DNA of 64,000 bases from Syntrophales bacterium (GTDB lineage Bacteria; Desulfobacterota; Syntrophia; Syntrophales; PHBD01). This document shows positions 10,515 through 21,010 of the stretch, one piece after another. The notes under the pieces were generated by a model, which saw only the letters and a program-made list of their open reading frames with translations, was not told the origin of the DNA and searched no databases. Within the stretch, counting starts at the first letter, position 1; each line of letters opens with the position of its first letter. Location: positions 320,001-384,000 of the forward strand of contig OY764159.1 of the NCBI GenBank assembly GCA_963668175.1. The letters are read 5' to 3'. The position numbers and the translations under genes were made by a program.

Positions 10515-11648
10515 TTACGTCGCTTCCGCCGGCCGTTTTGCCTGGGCGGATATGTTTAAAAGGACGCCTATCGCGACCAAACTCATGATCAACGAAGTCC
10601 CTCCGTAACTCAAAAACGGCAGGGCCAGACCCTTGAGGGGAACCAGACCCATGACGCCGGCAATATTGATGAAAGCTTCCAGAGCAAGAACCATGGTCAG
10701 ACCGGCGGCAAGGAACATGCCGAAACGGTCCGCCGCCTTGAAGGATATCCAGAAGCCTCTCAGAATGAGGAGCGTAAACAGGACAATCACGAGAGCCACG
10801 CCGAAGAAACCGCTTTCCTCCGCAATAATCGCCAATATAAAATCCGTATGAGGCTCAGGCAGGTAGAAAAGCTTCTGCATGCCGTCGCCGATACCGACGC
10901 CGAAAGACCCTCCGGACCCGAAGGACAGGAGGGACTGGATGATTTGGAAGCCCGACTTTCCCGGATCCCGCCAGGGATCGAGGAAGGTCATCATCCGCTC
11001 CATGCGGTAGCTCTTGTGCATGATGAGCCACAGACCGATAGGCAGAAAGAGCGACGCAAGGCCGGCCAGGTGAATGATCCGGCTGCCGGCCAAATAGAGC
11101 ATGAACATCATGGTTACCATGATGATCATCGCCGTCCCGAAATCGGGCTCCAGGAGAATCAGGCAAACCAGGAAAACGACGGTACCCAAAGGGACCATGA
11201 TCCCCCGTTTGAACTCTTTCAACTGGCCGGCTTTTCTTGTCAGGTACTGGGCCAGAAAGAGAACGACAACGATCTTGACCATTTCGGTGACCTGAAAAGA
11301 GAAGAAACCCATCTTCAGCCAGCGGGTCGCCCCCCCGGCCCGGATACCCACATGGGGAATCAGCACCAGCGTGAGCATAACGGCGCTCACAGCAACCGCC
11401 GGATACGCTACGAGCTTAAGCTTGCTGTAATGAATCCGGGATAGAATCAGCATAGACGCCACACCGATGCACACGAAGAAGGCCTGTTTCTTCAGAAAGT
11501 ATTGACCGTCTTTATAACGTTCCATGGCCAGGATGGAACTCGAGCTGTAAATCATGACCGTTCCGGCAGTGACCAGAATGAGCGTGATAATGAGCAATAC
11601 GAAATCGGGGCTCTTGTCGGCCGTTTGAGGCTGAGGAAGCTCGCTCAT
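10515..11648 (-). CDS. ftsW: SEDS peptidoglycan polymerase FtsW
   Basis: GATRWL, EPDFG, YLPEPHTDFI, LPFLSYGGTS; dcw position. Confidence 0.96.
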   Translation of the reverse strand: MSELPQPQTADKSPDFVLLIITLILVTAGTVMIYSSSSILAMERYKDGQYFLKKQAFFVCIGVASMLILSRIHYSKLKLVAYPAVAVSAVMLTLVLIPHVGIRAGGATRWLKMGFFSFQVTEMVKIVVVLFLAQYLTRKAGQLKEFKRGIMVPLGTVVFLVCLILLEPDFGTAMIIMVTMMFMLYLAGSRIIHLAGLASLFLPIGLWLIMHKSYRMERMMTFLDPWRDPGKSGFQIIQSLLSFGSGGSFGVGIGDGMQKLFYLPEPHTDFILAIIAEESGFFGVALVIVLFTLLILRGFWISFKAADRFGMFLAAGLTMVLALEAFINIAGVMGLVPLKGLALPFLSYGGTSLIMSLVAIGVLLNISAQAKRPAEAT

Positions 11649-12994
11649 GATACCATCTTCTCCACGGTTTGCCTGAAAAACCGTCCTCTGTCCTTATAAT
11701 CCGTAAATTCATCGAAGCTTGCACACCCCGGGGACAGAAGGACAATCTGCCCGGGAGCCGCATGGCGGGCAGCCAATTCCGTCGCTTCCTTGAGCGTCGC
11801 TGCCATTGAGGTCCCAACCACATCGCCGATGACGGCCTTGATTCTCTCCCGGGCTTCTCCGAACAGGATAAGCTCCGCAACCCTCTCCTTGATGGTGTTT
11901 CGCAGGATATTGAAATCGCTATCCTTATCCCGCCCTCCCATCAGGAGAACCACGGGGTCGGAGAAGGTTTCAAGGGCCCGTTTCACGGCATCGACATTCG
12001 TACCTTTCGAATCGTCGAAATATTTGACTCCGCCCTTTTCAGCAACAAACTCAATCCGGTGCGCTATGCTCCGAAAACCGCTAATGGTCCGTGTCACATC
12101 CGCTGCGGGGCAGCCGCAGAATCTTGTTGCCATGATTGCCGCCATGACGTTTTCGATATTGTGCCTGCCCGGCAATTGAATCATGGACAGTGGATACGTC
12201 TCCCTCTCCCCGGACGGCATACCGTAAACCAGGCTTTCGCCTTCAACGAACATCCCTGCGGCCACATGCCGGGACGAGCTGAAGAACCGTACGTCGGCGG
12301 CCAGCCTTCCGGCAAGCTCGACCGTTTCACTGTCGTCATCATTGAGAATGGCCAGATCGCCCGGGATCTGGTTTTCGAAAATGCGCTCCTTCGCCGCCCG
12401 ATAGGCGGCAAACGATCCGTGATAATCGACATGGTCGCAAGTCGTATTCAAAAGTACGGCGACCTTCGGATGAAACCGTTCGATCCACTGCAGTTGGAAG
12501 CTGCTCACCTCGACGACGACATAATCGGCCTCTTGCGGACCCGTCACATAACCGATAAGCGGACTGCCGATGTTTCCTCCTACGAAGACCTTTTTGCCCC
12601 AGGCCTTCAATATATCCCCGACGAGTGTCGTGGTCGTCGTCTTGCCGTTTGTGCCGGTGATGGCGACCATCGGCGTCTTGAGAAACCGGGATGCCAATTC
12701 CAACTCGCTCAGAATCGGAATGCCCCGCTTGCCGCTCTCGACGAGCAGCGGATTCGAGGGCGACACGCCGGGAGAAGGGATCACCAGGTCTGCCTCATCG
12801 AGGAGCGCCGTGCCGTATGGACCGAACACGACGGACAGTCCGCGGATATCGTCCAAAGCCTGGGTCAATTGCTCCGCCGGTTTTGCATCGGTCACGCAAA
12901 CCTTTGCACAGCGACCGGACAGAAACCGTGCCGTGGCAACCCCGGTTTTGCCTAATCCGATTACCAATACCTTCTTGGCGGAAAGATCAATCAT
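11645..12994 (-). CDS. murD: UDP-MurNAc-L-Ala-D-Glu ligase
   Basis: ITGTNGKTTT, EVSSFQL, DDSKGTN, LLSPGCASFD. Confidence 0.97.
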   Translation of the reverse strand: MIDLSAKKVLVIGLGKTGVATARFLSGRCAKVCVTDAKPAEQLTQALDDIRGLSVVFGPYGTALLDEADLVIPSPGVSPSNPLLVESGKRGIPILSELELASRFLKTPMVAITGTNGKTTTTTLVGDILKAWGKKVFVGGNIGSPLIGYVTGPQEADYVVVEVSSFQLQWIERFHPKVAVLLNTTCDHVDYHGSFAAYRAAKERIFENQIPGDLAILNDDDSETVELAGRLAADVRFFSSSRHVAAGMFVEGESLVYGMPSGERETYPLSMIQLPGRHNIENVMAAIMATRFCGCPAADVTRTISGFRSIAHRIEFVAEKGGVKYFDDSKGTNVDAVKRALETFSDPVVLLMGGRDKDSDFNILRNTIKERVAELILFGEARERIKAVIGDVVGTSMAATLKEATELAARHAAPGQIVLLSPGCASFDEFTDYKDRGRFFRQTVEKMVS

Positions 12995-13000
12995 GAAAAA

Positions 13001-14080
13001 CTACCTCAACTTCAGTGTGCTGATCGCCACAAGCGCCAGCAGAATCGATATGATCCAGAAACGGACGATGACCTTCGGCTCCGGCCACCCTTTGAGTTCG
13101 AAATGGTGGTGTATCGGCGCCATCCGGAAAATGCGCTCGCCCTTCGACAATTTAAACCAACCGACCTGCAGGATGACGGACAGGGTCTCCATGACGAACA
13201 CTCCCCCGACGATGGCAAGGAGAATTTCCTGCTTCGTGAGAATGGCCAGCGTCCCCAGAGAACCACCCAGCGAGAGCGCGCCAACGTCTCCCATGAAGAC
13301 CTGGGCGGGGTAGGTATTGTACCAGAGAAACCCAATGCCCGCCCCTGCCATCGCCCCGCAGAAAACGGACAATTCGCCGGTTCCGGAGACATACGGAATC
13401 TGAAGATATCCGGCGATCCTGATATTGCCCGCAAGATAGGCAAAAATCAGGTATGTCAGGAAACAGGTAATGACCGGCCCGATGGCGAGTCCGTCCAGCC
13501 CGTCCGTTAAATTGACGGCATTGGCGGAACCGACAATGACAAAGGTCGTCAGGACGAAGTATCCCCAGCCCAGATCGGGCAGAACCGTCTTGAAGAAGGG
13601 GATGGTAATCGCCGTCGTGAATCCCGTCTTGAAATAGAGATAAATGCTGATAAAAAGGGCGATCGCGATTTCACCGGTGAGCCTCACTTTTCCCGAGAGC
13701 CCTTTGCTGTTCTTCTTGATAAGTTTCTGATAATCATCGAGATATCCTATGAATCCGTATCCCGCTGTCACGAGAAGGACAAGCCAGACATAGTCGACCG
13801 TCAGATTGGCCCACAGCAATGTCGACAGCACTACGGCAAAAATGATCAGGAGCCCACCCATCGTCGGCGTGCCCTGTTTGGCAAGATGGGAATTCGGACC
13901 ATCGTTGCGTACCTGCTGACCTATCTGCAGGGCCTGCAGTTTCCTGATCATCCACGGTCCCACGACAAAACAGATGATCAGCGCCGTAATGGCGGCGTAA
14001 ATCGTCCGGAAAGTGATATAGCGGAAGACGTTAAACGACGAAAACGTCGTATGCAGTGGATATAATAAATGATATATCAC
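13001..14080 (-). CDS. mraY: Phospho-MurNAc-pentapeptide transferase
   Basis: [35 protein letters not shown]. Confidence 0.98.
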   Translation of the reverse strand: MIYHLLYPLHTTFSSFNVFRYITFRTIYAAITALIICFVVGPWMIRKLQALQIGQQVRNDGPNSHLAKQGTPTMGGLLIIFAVVLSTLLWANLTVDYVWLVLLVTAGYGFIGYLDDYQKLIKKNSKGLSGKVRLTGEIAIALFISIYLYFKTGFTTAITIPFFKTVLPDLGWGYFVLTTFVIVGSANAVNLTDGLDGLAIGPVITCFLTYLIFAYLAGNIRIAGYLQIPYVSGTGELSVFCGAMAGAGIGFLWYNTYPAQVFMGDVGALSLGGSLGTLAILTKQEILLAIVGGVFVMETLSVILQVGWFKLSKGERIFRMAPIHHHFELKGWPEPKVIVRFWIISILLALVAISTLKLR

Positions 14081-14117
14081 GTCATTCCCTTTCCGTCATC
14101 TTTGCCCATGTCGATTC

Positions 14118-15539
14118 TCAGTTACGGTCCTGTTTTAACCCGATCATGCTTACGATACGTTGTACGATCTGCTCCATCTTCATGCGTCTCGACCCTTTAA
14201 CGAGGGCCCAGTCACCGTCATGAAGATACGGTTTAGCGAATTCGGCAGCGTCTCCATCTTCCTGAAAGCAGATGACGGCATCAGCCGGCATCCCCATCCT
14301 TAAGGCGCCCGCCGCAGTCGCAGACGCAAATTCCCCTTTCAGAAGAAGGCGGTCGACACCGGTTTGCGCAGCGACTTCGCCGATGGATTCGTGCAGGGAA
14401 CGGGACTGCTCTCCCAATTCGAGCATATCTCCCAGAACGGCGATTGCGCGTCCTTGGCCGCGAAGATTCCGCAATGCCTTCAAGGCCTCGGTGACCGACG
14501 CGGGATTGGCGTTATAGGTATCGTCGATAATAAAGGACCCGTTCGCCAGACTTCGAATCGCCATCCTGCCGGCAACAGGCTGAAAGGAGGCGAGGCCCTT
14601 GCCGATAAAAGCCCCGTCCATCCCGAGAGCCCGGGCCACGGCGGCGGCGGCTAGGGCATTATAGACATGATGCCGCCCGGCTATTTTCATGAAGACATCG
14701 CTCTTTTCCGCGCCGGACACGAGGCGGAAAGAGATCCCGGCCGCATCCATTGTTTCCATATTCTCTGCGGTTACATCCGCCGGCCCATCTATGCTGAAGG
14801 TAACGCGTTTTCCGCTCCAGGAACGGCTCACTTCACGGATGTTCCCGTCGTCCAGGTTGACGACGGCCGTTCCCTGGTTCCCCATATAGCGGAAGAGATC
14901 GCCCTTTTCCTCCCTGATCGTGTCGAGGGAGTGCAATCCCTGGAGGTGCGCGGGGCCGATATTCGTGACCAAACCTATATTGGGCCCGGCAATGTCGGTC
15001 AAACGGGCGATTTCACCCCGCTGATTGGTCCCCAGTTCCAGGATGGCCGCTTCATGTTCATCCGTCAACCGCAACAGGGTCATAGGCATACCGATCAGAT
15101 TGTTCAAATTGCCCTCCGTTTTGAGGACATTTTTCGATTGACCGACAATTCCCGCCAGCATCTCCTTCGTCGTCGTTTTTCCCGAGCTTCCCGTTATCGC
15201 TATCACAGGAATGGAAAACCTGTTCCTCCAGCAGCGCGCCAAGTCGCCCAGGGCCTTCAGGGTGTCGTCAACGAGAATAAGCGTTGTATCACCCGATATC
15301 TTTTTCTTCGGTTCCTCCTGGACCAGGACCGCCGATGCGCCGACATTGACAGCCGCATCGAGAAAATCATGGCCGTCGAATGTTTCCCCCTTCAGGGCTA
15401 TAAAGAGGTTCCCCGTTCTTACCGTCCGGGAATCCGTGGAAACGCCGCAGCATGTTACATTGCCGTCGCCATTGACGAGACGTCCGTTTACGGCCTCTAA
15501 AATCTCATGCCCGCTCAAGACGGGCGTCGTCTCAGCCAC
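14118..15539 (-). CDS. murF: UDP-MurNAc-tripeptide:D-Ala-D-Ala ligase
   Basis: TGSSGKTTTKE, DDTYNANPAS, LGDMLELG, VKGSR. Confidence 0.96.
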   Translation of the reverse strand: MAETTPVLSGHEILEAVNGRLVNGDGNVTCCGVSTDSRTVRTGNLFIALKGETFDGHDFLDAAVNVGASAVLVQEEPKKKISGDTTLILVDDTLKALGDLARCWRNRFSIPVIAITGSSGKTTTKEMLAGIVGQSKNVLKTEGNLNNLIGMPMTLLRLTDEHEAAILELGTNQRGEIARLTDIAGPNIGLVTNIGPAHLQGLHSLDTIREEKGDLFRYMGNQGTAVVNLDDGNIREVSRSWSGKRVTFSIDGPADVTAENMETMDAAGISFRLVSGAEKSDVFMKIAGRHHVYNALAAAAVARALGMDGAFIGKGLASFQPVAGRMAIRSLANGSFIIDDTYNANPASVTEALKALRNLRGQGRAIAVLGDMLELGEQSRSLHESIGEVAAQTGVDRLLLKGEFASATAAGALRMGMPADAVICFQEDGDAAEFAKPYLHDGDWALVKGSRRMKMEQIVQRIVSMIGLKQDRN

Positions 15540-17070
15540 GAGGCCCCCCGCCGGAAGCCGATCTTAATGCTTCCGCCGCCACCAGGCGGTCGTCGAAGAA
15601 TATCTTCCGGTCGCCCAGGATCTGATAATCTTCATGTCCCTTCCCGGCGATCAGGACGATATCGCCCGGTTGGGCAAAGGCAATGGCCCTTGTGATGGCT
15701 GTCTTACGATCCGGAACGACGGCATAGGATCTTCGCCCGGAGACCATCGCCCACGCATCGCCCTCCAGTTTGCTTGCAGAACCGTTTTGTATTCCCGCTT
15801 CAATCTCCCGGATGATGGATAACGGATCCTCCGTCCGCGGATTATCCGACGTGATAATCGCCAGGTCACTGAAATGCGTTGCCGCTTCTCCCATGAGCGG
15901 CCTTTTTCCCCTGTCACGGTCGCCGCCGCAGCCGAAAACGGAAATCAGCCGTTTCTGTTTAAAGCCCGACAGATTCTCAAGAACGCGTCTCAAGGCATCT
16001 TCCGTATGGGCATAATCGACAAATACCCGGATGTCCCGGGACCCCTCGACCCGCTCCAGACGCCCCGGCACATTCTTCAATGCCTCGATCCCGTTTCGGA
16101 TATGGCTGGAAGCAATATCCAGGGATACGGCCGCACCGACTGCGGCCAGGATGTTCGACAGGTTAAATTTTCCAATTAATGGGGATGTGACATCGAGACG
16201 CTCTCCCCGGAGATCGAGTCGGGCTTCGATACCGTCAACGAGAAGTCGGTATTCCTCTGCATGAATGTCGCAGGCGCTTTCGATGCCGTAGGTAAGCGCC
16301 GCTATGTTCGCCTCGCGGGTGAGCCTCTGTCCCCATGAATCATCGTTGTTTACGATCATCCGGTATTTTCTCTTTTTTCCGCTTTGCGGCAGAACTTCCG
16401 TAAAGAATCGTTTTTTGGCCTGGAAATAATTCTCCATGGTCAGGTGGTAATCGAGATGATCCTGTGTGAGATTCGTAAAAACGCCGATATCGAAATCACA
16501 GTCGTCGACCCTTCTCAAATCCAGCGAATGGGACGAGACCTCGGAGACGACATGGGTCACTCCGTCCTCCTCCATTTCCCACAGAATCTTCTGCATCTCG
16601 AGCGACTCCGGGGTTGTATTGGGTGCGGGTTTTACGACGTCGTGAAAACGATAATTGACCGTCCCCAAAACACCCGTTCTGTAACCTGCGGCCCTAAGTA
16701 TGGATTCAAGCAAATAAGTGATTGTGGTTTTGCCGTTGGTTCCGATAATACCTATCAGGCAGAGACGGGAAGAGGGATGCTGGTAGAAGTTCTTTCCGAG
16801 GATGCCGAGAGCCCTGCGGCCGTCCTTCACCCGAATCGCCGTAACGCCCTCGGGCGGGACATAATCGCTCTCGCAGACGATAAATCGGGCTCCCCGGGCG
16901 ACAGCTTCCGGGATATAGTCATGGCCGTCGGACTTCAGACCCCGAACGGCCACAAATAGGCTTCCTTCCGAACAAGCTTTCGAATTATAGCAAATATGCG
17001 CCACGTCACCTGAAAAGGTTCGTTTTTGATCGACGACATCAATGCCCTGGATCAGGTGATTTAACTTCAA
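15532..17070 (-). CDS. murE: UDP-MurNAc-dipeptide:meso-DAP ligase
   Basis: GTNGKTT, EVSSH, DYAHT, GCGGDRD, DNPR (DAP-type motif), AGKGHEDYQ. Confidence 0.96.
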   Translation of the reverse strand: MKLNHLIQGIDVVDQKRTFSGDVAHICYNSKACSEGSLFVAVRGLKSDGHDYIPEAVARGARFIVCESDYVPPEGVTAIRVKDGRRALGILGKNFYQHPSSRLCLIGIIGTNGKTTITYLLESILRAAGYRTGVLGTVNYRFHDVVKPAPNTTPESLEMQKILWEMEEDGVTHVVSEVSSHSLDLRRVDDCDFDIGVFTNLTQDHLDYHLTMENYFQAKKRFFTEVLPQSGKKRKYRMIVNNDDSWGQRLTREANIAALTYGIESACDIHAEEYRLLVDGIEARLDLRGERLDVTSPLIGKFNLSNILAAVGAAVSLDIASSHIRNGIEALKNVPGRLERVEGSRDIRVFVDYAHTEDALRRVLENLSGFKQKRLISVFGCGGDRDRGKRPLMGEAATHFSDLAIITSDNPRTEDPLSIIREIEAGIQNGSASKLEGDAWAMVSGRRSYAVVPDRKTAITRAIAFAQPGDIVLIAGKGHEDYQILGDRKIFFDDRLVAAEALRSASGGGPRG

Positions 17071-17079
17071 ATAAACCTC

Positions 17080-19095
17080 TCACTCGCCGGTGCTGAAAGA
17101 TACGACACACGATCTGTTTTCTCCAATGGGAGTCCCGGGCGCCGGTCTCTGACTTACGGCCCAGCCACTTCCGTTGACGGTTAATGCAATGCCCTGTGCG
17201 GTGGCTTTTTTCAAAGCTGCCCGAACAGTCTGACCGCGGAAATTGGGCATCAGCGTCTCGTCATCCTCCGCGTTGCCTGGGCCCGCATCGTTCTCAATGA
17301 CGCTCTCCTGAGTCGATACCAGTCTCACCTTCACACCGCTGTTGATTTTTTCGTCTTCGCGCAGAGGAAGAGGTTTGGTCCTGATATTCGTCTTGAAGCA
17401 GGTAAGAATCTGTTCCCCGATGTTCTTAAAGACCGGGGCCGCCGCTAATCCGCCCCATTTATCGACCTGCGGTTCGTCGAGGATGACCAGCATAGCCACC
17501 TGGGGCTCTTCGGCGGGGAAAAAGCCCATAAAGGAGGTACGCACTCTTTCGTTCGAATAGACGTGTTTACGGAAATCGAATTTCTGCGACGTTCCCGTTT
17601 TCCCGGCCACGGCAACGTTCACAATCTTCGCATTCTTTCCGGTTCCGTCGGGGTCGCCGACAACGCCGGTCATGATGGAAGTCAGCTTCCGGGCTGTCTC
17701 GGGCGATATCACCTTCCTTACGGCAGTGGGCGACGTCGTTTGAACCATGGTACCTTTGTTGTCCATAAGCCCCTTTACGATATAAGGCTTCATCAAAACG
17801 CCGTGATTAGCGATTGCCGACAGCGCCGTCACCAGTTGTACGGCCGTTACGGAGATGCCTTGCCCGAAAGCGATGGTTGCCGTATCGACCTTGGACCATT
17901 TCTTGACCGGGCGGAGAAGACCGGACGATTCTCCCGGAAGTTCTATTCCCGTTTTTAGACCGAAACCGAATCTTGCAATATAATCGTAGAATTTATCTTT
18001 CCCCAACCTTTCGGAAATTTTCACACAACCGATGTTGCTGGAATATTTGACAATGTCCTTAACGGCGAGCGTCCCGTGCCTTTGTCTGTTCGCTTCGTGT
18101 ATGACCCGGTCGGCGACCTTGTATTGACCGTTTTCGCAATTGAAACGGCTATTCACATTAACAATCGACTCTTCCAGGGCGGCCGCAACGAGAAAGGGCT
18201 TAAAGGTCGATCCCGGATCAAAACAATCGGCGATGGCCTTGTTCTTGCCCTTGTCAGGACTGTCTTTCGACTTATTCGGATTGTAGCTGGGCTCGTTGGC
18301 AAGGGCCAGGATTTCACCGGTCTTAGGATCCATTACGATGGCAAAGCCGCCTTTGGCGCTTTTGGCCCGGACGGCTTCCTTGAGCTTCGATTCGACAAGG
18401 TACTGAATGCGGCTGTCGATCGTGAGAACCAGGCTATGGCTTTCATCCTTCTTGACATTCGTTTTATCGGCACGTGGATACAGTTTATTGCCCTTGGCAT
18501 CCCTTGCCCAGACCAGATTTTCGGAAGTACCTTTCAAATCGTTATCGTAGCGCAATTCGAGTCCGTCGAGACCTTTTGAATCAAGGCCGACGAAACCGAG
18601 CAACGATCCCGCCAGTTCGCCGTTGGGATAAAATCGCTTCGGTTCCTTGACCAGGAAAATACCGTCCAGATTGAGATTTTCAATCGCGTTCGCCTGATCA
18701 GGCGTGACTTTCCGGGCAATCCAGCTGAAGCGCTTTCCGTCGGAGAGTTTTTTGGCAACGGTGGCCCGATCGATCATGAGAATGGAGGACAGCTTGGAAA
18801 CCGCGGCGTTGCGGTCTTCTATCTTCGATGGGTCCGCACAGACGGAATCGGCCATGATGCTGACGGCCAGTTTTTCTCCGTTGCGATCGAAAATAACGCC
18901 GCGTTCCGGCTGAAGTTGGATGGAGCGCGTATGCTGTTTATTGGCCAGGGTTTTCAGGGCATCGCCGGACAGCACCTGGAGCTGCATGGCCCGGGAAATC
19001 AAGGCGACGAAGAGAACGACAAAGAACAGCAAAAGGCTTCCCAGCCTTATCTTCAACCATTTTTCCGGATCTCTGTTCTTCGCGGTTTTTTTCAT
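17080..19095 (-). CDS. ftsI: Class B PBP FtsI with C-terminal PASTA domain
   Basis: STFK (SxxK), SSN, KTGT motifs; MPNFRG...SQRPAPG PASTA-like tail. Confidence 0.93.
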   Translation of the reverse strand: MKKTAKNRDPEKWLKIRLGSLLLFFVVLFVALISRAMQLQVLSGDALKTLANKQHTRSIQLQPERGVIFDRNGEKLAVSIMADSVCADPSKIEDRNAAVSKLSSILMIDRATVAKKLSDGKRFSWIARKVTPDQANAIENLNLDGIFLVKEPKRFYPNGELAGSLLGFVGLDSKGLDGLELRYDNDLKGTSENLVWARDAKGNKLYPRADKTNVKKDESHSLVLTIDSRIQYLVESKLKEAVRAKSAKGGFAIVMDPKTGEILALANEPSYNPNKSKDSPDKGKNKAIADCFDPGSTFKPFLVAAALEESIVNVNSRFNCENGQYKVADRVIHEANRQRHGTLAVKDIVKYSSNIGCVKISERLGKDKFYDYIARFGFGLKTGIELPGESSGLLRPVKKWSKVDTATIAFGQGISVTAVQLVTALSAIANHGVLMKPYIVKGLMDNKGTMVQTTSPTAVRKVISPETARKLTSIMTGVVGDPDGTGKNAKIVNVAVAGKTGTSQKFDFRKHVYSNERVRTSFMGFFPAEEPQVAMLVILDEPQVDKWGGLAAAPVFKNIGEQILTCFKTNIRTKPLPLREDEKINSGVKVRLVSTQESVIENDAGPGNAEDDETLMPNFRGQTVRAALKKATAQGIALTVNGSGWAVSQRPAPGTPIGENRSCVVSFSTGE

Positions 19096-19415
19096 TTCTT
19101 TATCGCTATAACCTGTTCCCTGTCGGGATACGTCATCTGCAGATTATTTCTTGCTATGCTCTCGATGCGCCGGGGAGATTTGAGGGTGGCATGCTCAAGT
19201 TTCAGTTTTCTCTGTTCTTCCAGCAATGCCTCTTTCTTGCTGATTTCCGCGGCAATTCTGTATTCCATCTGGGTCATGTGAATATGGGACCAGACATAGG
19301 CCAGGGCAAGAATCATCAGGACGAACGCGACGACGATGAGCGTTGAGAGCTTCAAACCGCTCAAGGCCCGCCTGCCGTCGAAAATCCCTTCTCTGATCGT
19401 CTCCACCAGGGCCAT
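19092..19415 (-). CDS. ftsL: Cell division protein FtsL
   Basis: One TM, coiled coil, SPRRIESIA...LQM.YP; lies between rsmH and ftsI. Confidence 0.88.
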   Translation of the reverse strand: MALVETIREGIFDGRRALSGLKLSTLIVVAFVLMILALAYVWSHIHMTQMEYRIAAEISKKEALLEEQRKLKLEHATLKSPRRIESIARNNLQMTYPDREQVIAIKK

Positions 19416-19418
19416 CGT

Positions 19419-20354
19419 TTATACTCTCTCCGCCGTTCTTAAACGGGCACTTCTCGACCGCGGATTCAATCGCGCCTCCTCCTCGCCGGGCTTTGCTGCT
19501 CGTTTCGCCACCAGCCTGAGGGACGGTTTCTTATGACAGACACATACGGGAAGATTCGGCGGACAGTGACACCCTGCCGCCTCATCGCGAAACATGTTCT
19601 TAACAATCCTGTCCTCCAGAGAATGGAAGGAAATTACGGAAATCCTGCCACCCGTACGGAGGGTCCCGATCGCATCCGGAAGGACCTTCTGCAAATTCGC
19701 AAGTTCGTCGTTCACGGCGATACGCAAGGCCTGAAAAGTTCTTGTCGCCGGATGGATGCTCTTTTTTCCTCCACGGCCGGATACGGCGGCGGCAACAACC
19801 GATGCCAGTTCCGCCGTCGTCTCGATGGAAGCGATACCTCGTCTTTTCACTATGGCCCTCGCAATCCTGGCCGCCATCGCTTCCTCGCCGTACGTTCTGA
19901 TGATATTCGCCAATTCCCTTTCAGGCAGAGTGTTGACAAGATCATGTGCGTCAAGTCCGCCTTTGCGATCCATTCTCATGTCCAGGCGGCCGCTTCGGGC
20001 TATTCCGAATCCTCTCTCAGGGTCATCCAACTGATGCGAAGAAACGCCTAAATCGAGCAGGAACCCGTCAATCTCGTCAATCCCCAAGTCTCCCAAAATG
20101 GAGACGATATCGGCAAAATTCCCCCTGACGAGGATCTTTCTTGCGCCGAATTCCTGCAGTCGTTCCGAGGCCGCCTGCACGGCTTCTTCATCCTTGTCGA
20201 TGCCGACGAGAAGACCTTCCGGATATACTCTTTTCAGTATCTCGTATGCGTGACCGCCACCTCCCACTGTACCGTCAACATAGATGCCTCCCTTTTTACA
20301 GGCGAGAGAGGCTATCGTTTCCTCCAGCATGACCGGTTGATGATATCCGTCCAT
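19419..20354 (-). CDS. rsmH: 16S rRNA m4C1402 methyltransferase
   Basis: HQPVML, DGTVGGGGH, DLGVSSHQLD, SFHSLEDRIVK, NPRSRSARLR. Confidence 0.97.
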   Translation of the reverse strand: MDGYHQPVMLEETIASLACKKGGIYVDGTVGGGGHAYEILKRVYPEGLLVGIDKDEEAVQAASERLQEFGARKILVRGNFADIVSILGDLGIDEIDGFLLDLGVSSHQLDDPERGFGIARSGRLDMRMDRKGGLDAHDLVNTLPERELANIIRTYGEEAMAARIARAIVKRRGIASIETTAELASVVAAAVSGRGGKKSIHPATRTFQALRIAVNDELANLQKVLPDAIGTLRTGGRISVISFHSLEDRIVKNMFRDEAAGCHCPPNLPVCVCHKKPSLRLVAKRAAKPGEEEARLNPRSRSARLRTAERV

Positions 20355-20358
20355 TCCA

Positions 20359-20805
20359 TCATATTCCCAGATCGGCCATGTATTCGCTGAAATTGGGCAG
20401 GTCTTCTTCCGTCTTCTTCATAGCTTCGGCAAACCGCTCCTTGTTCCATATCTCGATGACCCTGATCATACCTGCCAGAACGACTTCCTTATCTATCTGA
20501 GCATATTCCCGCAGATTGGGAGGAACCAGAATCCTCCCCTGGCTGTCCAGGGTACAATCGACGGCACCGGACATGAAGAAACGCTGAAAGGCCCGGACTT
20601 CCTTTTTCAAAATCGATTGATGAGACACCTTCGCTTCGATAATCTGCCATTCGTCATAGGGAAAGACCATGAGATAACCGTCCCAGGTCGTAATGACCAT
20701 GCGATTATCCTTCTTTTCGGCAAATACATCCCGCAGCCGGGAAGGCAGTGTAATCCTTCCCTTATCATCAAGACTGTGGTAATATTGACCTCTGAAAACA
20801 GACAA
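20359..20805 (-). CDS. mraZ: Transcriptional regulator MraZ
   Basis: FRGQY, LDDKGR and LDSQGR repeats. TTG start at 20805 behind GGAGGG; the longer track start runs through the promoter. Confidence 0.93.
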   Translation of the reverse strand: MSVFRGQYYHSLDDKGRITLPSRLRDVFAEKKDNRMVITTWDGYLMVFPYDEWQIIEAKVSHQSILKKEVRAFQRFFMSGAVDCTLDSQGRILVPPNLREYAQIDKEVVLAGMIRVIEIWNKERFAEAMKKTEEDLPNFSEYMADLGI

Positions 20806-20814
20806 TTCTATCCC

Positions 20815-20839
20815 TCCACAATGACCCACTTTGACCCAC
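20815..20839 (-). promoter_or_regulatory. MraZ-binding boxes (GTGGG/GTGGA at 10-bp period)
   Basis: Minus strand reads GTGGGtcaaaGTGGGtcattGTGGA just upstream of mraZ, matching the known TGGG-type direct-repeat MraZ operator. Confidence 0.8.
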
Positions 20840-20847
20840 GTTGTCCG

Positions 20848-20876
20848 ACTATAAAGGCGGCCTTTGGGTTTGTCAA
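20848..20876 (-). promoter_or_regulatory. sigma70 promoter of the dcw operon
   Basis: TTGACA (20876-20871), 17-bp spacer, TATAGT (20853-20848) on the minus strand. Confidence 0.8.
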
Positions 20877-21010
20877 GCAAAAATTGTGGTGTTTTCCTTG
20901 CAATTTGACGTCTTAGGAATACTTTTCCCACCGGACAGCTTTCCCGTCGAATCCGCTATTACGAAATCCCGATGTCATACCCGGGGCAGGAATTCTAACC
21001 GGCGGCGATA

